From contig CAZAFB010000002.1 in the NCBI GenBank assembly GCA_964484505.1, forward strand, positions 9,679 through 73,678: 64,000 nucleotides of DNA, read 5' to 3'. The notes below the pieces were generated by a model. That model was not told the origin of the DNA. It saw only the letters and a list, made by a program, of their open reading frames with translations, and did not search any database. This DNA is from an uncultured Bdellovibrionales bacterium (GTDB lineage Bacteria > Patescibacteriota > Minisyncoccia > Moranbacterales > GWC2-37-73). Position numbers and translations under genes: made by a program. Position 1 is the first letter of the stretch, and each line of letters begins with the position of its first letter. Shown here in pieces: positions 60,498 through 64,000 of the stretch.

Positions 60498-61301
60498 ATG
60501 TTAAAGCTCGCTATTTTTTCAGCTATGCACAGTTTTATTCTAGACACCCTTTTCCCTGTCCGTTGCATCTCCTGCCGCAAATATGGGGATTGGCTATGTG
60601 AAAAGTGCCTCAAAAACATCAAGCTTATCAGTGAGCACTCCTGTCCGCACTGCGAAAAAGTTTCCACTAACTCCGGCACTACTTGCCTTGATTGCCGTGA
60701 TAATTTCTCACTTGATGGCCTGGTTAGTGCCGCCTCTTATCATGATGACACCGTTTCCGAGGCGGTGCATTTTTTCAAATATCGTTTCGTTGAGGATTTA
60801 GCGACGCCACTTGCCGAGTTGATGGCACGATCTTATGTTGATTCCAATAATCCCCTTCCTGACATGATTGTGCCTGTACCACTTCATCCTCGCCGCCTGC
60901 GTTGGCGCGGTTTCAATCAAGCGGAACTACTGGCAAGAGAACTAAGCGCAAAACTAGCGCCGGGAATAAACATAGGGTTTGATAATAATTTAATTGTTCG
61001 CAAAAAATATACGCGACCACAGATGAAAATCAAAAAATATCGCGACCGCATCGCCAATATGCGCAACACGTTTTCCTCTGCGGATGATGTGTCGCTTGTA
61101 AATAAACATATTTTATTAGTAGATGACATTGCCACCACCGGAACCACGCTTTTGGAGTGTGCCAAAATCCTGAAAAAGCTCCATGCGCGCAAAGTAACAG
61201 CGCTCATCATCGCCCGCCAAGAGCTCAAAAAAGATAAGTTTAGGTTTAAGCTTAACACAGCCAAGAACCACCATACCCTTGCTTTTTTCGGCGAAAAGTG
61301 A
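60498..61301 (+). CDS. comF: ComF/ComFC competence protein (zinc ribbon + PRTase)
   Basis: LFPVRCISC...CEKC...CPHC...CLDC; VPVPLH..R...RGFNQAELLA; LLVDDIATTGTT. Confidence 0.92.
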   Translation: MLKLAIFSAMHSFILDTLFPVRCISCRKYGDWLCEKCLKNIKLISEHSCPHCEKVSTNSGTTCLDCRDNFSLDGLVSAASYHDDTVSEAVHFFKYRFVEDLATPLAELMARSYVDSNNPLPDMIVPVPLHPRRLRWRGFNQAELLARELSAKLAPGINIGFDNNLIVRKKYTRPQMKIKKYRDRIANMRNTFSSADDVSLVNKHILLVDDIATTGTTLLECAKILKKLHARKVTALIIARQELKKDKFRFKLNTAKNHHTLAFFGEK

Positions 61302-61364
61302 TATAATGTAAAACTGGTAAATTAACAAATTTTCATTAATCTTTCTTCCCAAAGGAGGTACGAC

Positions 61365-61700
61365 ATGGACTATGACCTGTTGCGTCACCTGGAGATTGAA
61401 ATTGAGAAAGCGGCCGGCAAAGCGGGGAAAAAAATTCCCTTCAATGCCATAAAGAAGAAAGTTATCAATTGTCACGCCAGAGAACTGGGGAATGAACTAC
61501 ATATATATGAAAAAGTAATCTCCTCGGACTTTGGCAAGAAAGGCGGCAGGGCTGCCGCCGAGAAAATATTAATTAAGCAATTCCTGCGTTCGACTCAAAT
61601 AGAAGAGAGTCATGAACAAGAATTGTTTGATATGATCCGCCACGGCGACGTGGAAATAACAGCCGACGGCGATACACTCCCCTTGTATAACGGGGAGTGA
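61365..61700 (+). CDS. Hypothetical protein
   Basis: Own -10 (TATAAT ~61303), AAGGAGGT RBS and downstream terminator. Confidence 0.7.
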   Translation: MDYDLLRHLEIEIEKAAGKAGKKIPFNAIKKKVINCHARELGNELHIYEKVISSDFGKKGGRAAAEKILIKQFLRSTQIEESHEQELFDMIRHGDVEITADGDTLPLYNGE

Positions 61701-61712
61701 AGGATAGAAAAC

Positions 61713-61744
61713 AAGGGTGTTTGCGTCAATACGCAAACACCCTT
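61713..61744. terminator. Bidirectional terminator between convergent genes
   Basis: AAGGGTGTTTGCGT-caat-ACGCAAACACCCTT. Confidence 0.75.
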
Positions 61745-61759
61745 TTGCATTCAAAAATA

Positions 61760-62908
61760 TTATTCGATATTTTCGATATTAAGGCATGGGAGATATATTC
61801 TAAATTCCGTGCCCTCCCCTTCTTTGGAAGAGAAACGAAGATAACCACTATGCCTTTCCACGATTTTAATAGCTGTGGTTACTCCAATTCCTGTGCCCTC
61901 TTTTTTGGTTGTGAAATATTTTTCAAACAACCTCCTTTGGGTTTCTTCATTCATGCCGCAGCCAGTGTCAGAAATGCTAAGTCGGACGTATTTTCCCTTG
62001 GGGACTTCCGCACCGTCTTCATCCAGATCGAAATTTTCCGTGGAAATTACAATTTCCCTGATCTCGCTTTCTTCAACCGCTTGTTTGGCATTTGTAACAA
62101 TATTCAGCACAACGCTGGTTAACTCTCCATAGCTTCCCATGATAAAATAAACTGGCTGCAATTTTCTGCAAATCGAAATTCCCCTTCTGTGAGCATCATT
62201 CATACTCATAGCATAAATATCCTCAGCAATATCATTGATATCCAGAGGATTCATGGAATATCCTCCTTTTGCCATGCGAAGCAAGTTATTTGACAGTGCG
62301 CATACCTTTTCTACACCATTGACTATCATATGGGCAAAATGTTTGTCCTTCTCGGAAGCGTCAGGAGAAGCTTCCAACAGAGAAGCAAAACCCATTATGG
62401 ATGTCATGAAATTCCGGATATCGTGAATAATGCTATCCACTATCATTCCAAGAGAATCGGCGGTTTCCATTCGCATTAATCTTTCCTCAGCCTCAGCAGC
62501 TTCCTTTTCTCTCTTCTTTCTTTCAGAAATATCCCGCACAAACCCGATTGCACCCCAAGTACCGTCATCAAAAGGCAACTTTGATAAGGAAAGTTCGATA
62601 GGAAATTCCTCGCCGTTTTTGCGCAAACTCACCCATTCTGTGGTCTTATCAATAGTCATCCCCTGCCCGGTTTCTTGAAAATATCTAACCCCCTTATCAC
62701 AAGAAGCATGCAGTTCCGTAGTTGCGATAAGCTCGTGAATATCTTTACCCACAGCTTCCTCCGTTGAATATCCGAACATGTCCTCGGCACGCGGATTGAA
62801 ATATATTACCTTATTATCCTTGTCGGTAATAATGATGGCATCTGGTGCCATGTAAAAAATCTTTTCCAAAGCGATACCCAGATCAATCCCACCAAGTTTT
62901 TTTCGCAT
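61760..62908 (-). CDS. Cytoplasmic PAS-domain sensor histidine kinase
   Basis: PAS/PAC (PDAIII...FNPRAEDMFGYS...RKNGEEFPIELS...RDISERK); H-box HDIRN; N/G1/F/G2 boxes (NIVTNA, DTGCGM, FTTK, GTGIG). Confidence 0.9.
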   Translation of the reverse strand: MRKKLGGIDLGIALEKIFYMAPDAIIITDKDNKVIYFNPRAEDMFGYSTEEAVGKDIHELIATTELHASCDKGVRYFQETGQGMTIDKTTEWVSLRKNGEEFPIELSLSKLPFDDGTWGAIGFVRDISERKKREKEAAEAEERLMRMETADSLGMIVDSIIHDIRNFMTSIMGFASLLEASPDASEKDKHFAHMIVNGVEKVCALSNNLLRMAKGGYSMNPLDINDIAEDIYAMSMNDAHRRGISICRKLQPVYFIMGSYGELTSVVLNIVTNAKQAVEESEIREIVISTENFDLDEDGAEVPKGKYVRLSISDTGCGMNEETQRRLFEKYFTTKKEGTGIGVTTAIKIVERHSGYLRFSSKEGEGTEFRIYLPCLNIENIE

Positions 62909-62985
62909 TTTTTTACCCTCCTTTTGTCCTATCAGGTTCGTAATATATTTTTTGAGAATATTTTTAAATAACTTTTTATCGTGCG

Positions 62986-63060
62986 ATTTTATTCTCCTTT
63001 TTGCGTTTTGTCAATACAAACATCACTGATATTGACACTTTTTTTCATTCGTGTAATAAT
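62986..63060. promoter_or_regulatory. Back-to-back sigma70 promoters
   Basis: Minus: TTGACA (63009-63014), 17 bp, TAAAAT (62986-62991). Plus: TTGACA (63032-63037) then TAATAAT (63054-63060). Confidence 0.6.
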
Positions 63061-63134
63061 GGTTTTTCACGGCAATATCCGTGTTTTTGTTTTGAATACA
63101 ACACACCAAACGCAAAAAAAAGGGGGGTTAGCTA

Positions 63135-63479
63135 ATGTCTTGGAAAGATTTTTATCTCTTTTTGGCAACATTCAACAGCTTCTTAGATTCATACCTCGGA
63201 AGCCGTCAAGAAATTTCAAGGCTTAATCTGGCACAGGGAGTAACAGTTGTGCATGAAAAATGGGGCTTCTCCGTGTACGTATGCGAGAACCTTTGGGAGG
63301 TGGTGATGGACACCCAGGGTATCAAGAGGATGCTAGGTGATTCCATAAGAAGAATCGACATTTGCGGCAGCAGTATGGATCTGCATGCTCTCGTCTCCAA
63401 ACATCTTCGTCCCAAAAAAATCAGCGGCGGAAAAAAAAGTTTTCAAAATAACGAAGCTCAAGTCGCCAAAGCGGCTTAA
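63135..63479 (+). CDS. Hypothetical protein
   Basis: GGGGGG RBS-like site, upstream promoter and downstream terminator. Confidence 0.6.
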   Translation: MSWKDFYLFLATFNSFLDSYLGSRQEISRLNLAQGVTVVHEKWGFSVYVCENLWEVVMDTQGIKRMLGDSIRRIDICGSSMDLHALVSKHLRPKKISGGKKSFQNNEAQVAKAA

Positions 63480-63500
63480 GCCAAAACGCTGCAAAAAAGC

Positions 63501-63532
63501 AAAGAGCTCTCAGCAAAAGTTGAGAGCTCTTT
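63501..63532. terminator. Bidirectional terminator
   Basis: AAAGAGCTCTCA-gcaaaagt-TGAGAGCTCTTT with A/T tracts on both sides. Confidence 0.8.
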
Positions 63533-63556
63533 TTATTTTGTAAAATATTCAAAGCC

Positions 63557-64000
63557 CTAGGCATGCAGCGCTTCTTTGTATACACCGATCACGTCTTCCA
63601 GATTTGCCGTGCGCGGATTGGTAAATGAACAAGCATCTTTCATTGCATTCATTGCCATTTTTTTCAAGTCCCTTTCTTTAACTCCAAGCGCTTTTAAGTT
63701 TACCGGGATACCGATATCTTCGGATAATTTTTTAATTGACTCGATTGCAACTTCTGCAGCCTCTACGACGGAAAGTCCTTCCACATTCTCACCTAAGGCA
63801 ATAGCAATATCGGCAAATCTTTCTTCCTTGGCAATCAGATTAAATTTGGAAACATGCGGCAAGAGAATTGCATTACAAACTCCGTGCGGCAAATCATAGA
63901 AACCTCCTAATTGATGCGCCATCGCATGCACATATCCGAGCGATGCATTATTAAACGCCATCCCGGCCAAAAATTCCGCATAAGCCATTTGGTCGCGCGC
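63557..64000 (-). CDS. Iron-containing (group III) alcohol dehydrogenase, C-terminal part (5' end outside the window)
   Basis: AGMAFNNASLGYVHAMAHQLGGFYDLPHGVCNAILLPHV and TNPR motifs. Confidence 0.9.
   Translation of the reverse strand, partial: ARDQMAYAEFLAGMAFNNASLGYVHAMAHQLGGFYDLPHGVCNAILLPHVSKFNLIAKEERFADIAIALGENVEGLSVVEAAEVAIESIKKLSEDIGIPVNLKALGVKERDLKKMAMNAMKDACSFTNPRTANLEDVIGVYKEALHA

Overview
This 64-kb window reads like a Patescibacteria (CPR, Parcubacteria/Moranbacteria-like) chromosome segment. That assignment is an inference from gene content and protein style: a type IV pilus locus with no PilQ secretin, giant surface proteins and small tRNA-inserted islands. (1) 1-35 kb is a minus-strand block of cell-surface genes: a truncated FG-GAP protein, a 4233-aa mosaic fibre/adhesin with about 20 GxxGIGTTxP repeats and a C-terminal autocleaving-chaperone-like domain, a membrane-tethered HTH protein, a DUF2341 + 6xLamG protein, a putative usher-less donor-strand fimbrial (WxL/DUF916-like) cluster and a 2517-aa RCC1/FnIII protein. 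(2) gyrB follows. (3) A 5.8-kb GATC-free integrative element (about 37887-43693) sits in the 3' end of tRNA-Asp. Its large serine recombinase would swap C-termini on excision, and it carries an unannotated ~390-nt highly structured ncRNA candidate plus a second structured leader RNA. (4) Next come a tRNA fMet/Met(Ile2)/Asp cluster, gatA, gatC and ligA; gatA, ligA and gyrB carry short palindromic or 9-bp-periodic in-frame insertions. (5) The window ends with a type IV pilus/competence locus (pilM-N-O-B, receiver, pilT, pilC, pilins, pilD, minor pilins, comF), a PAS histidine kinase and a partial Fe-alcohol dehydrogenase. All calls were made by eye with no database searches.
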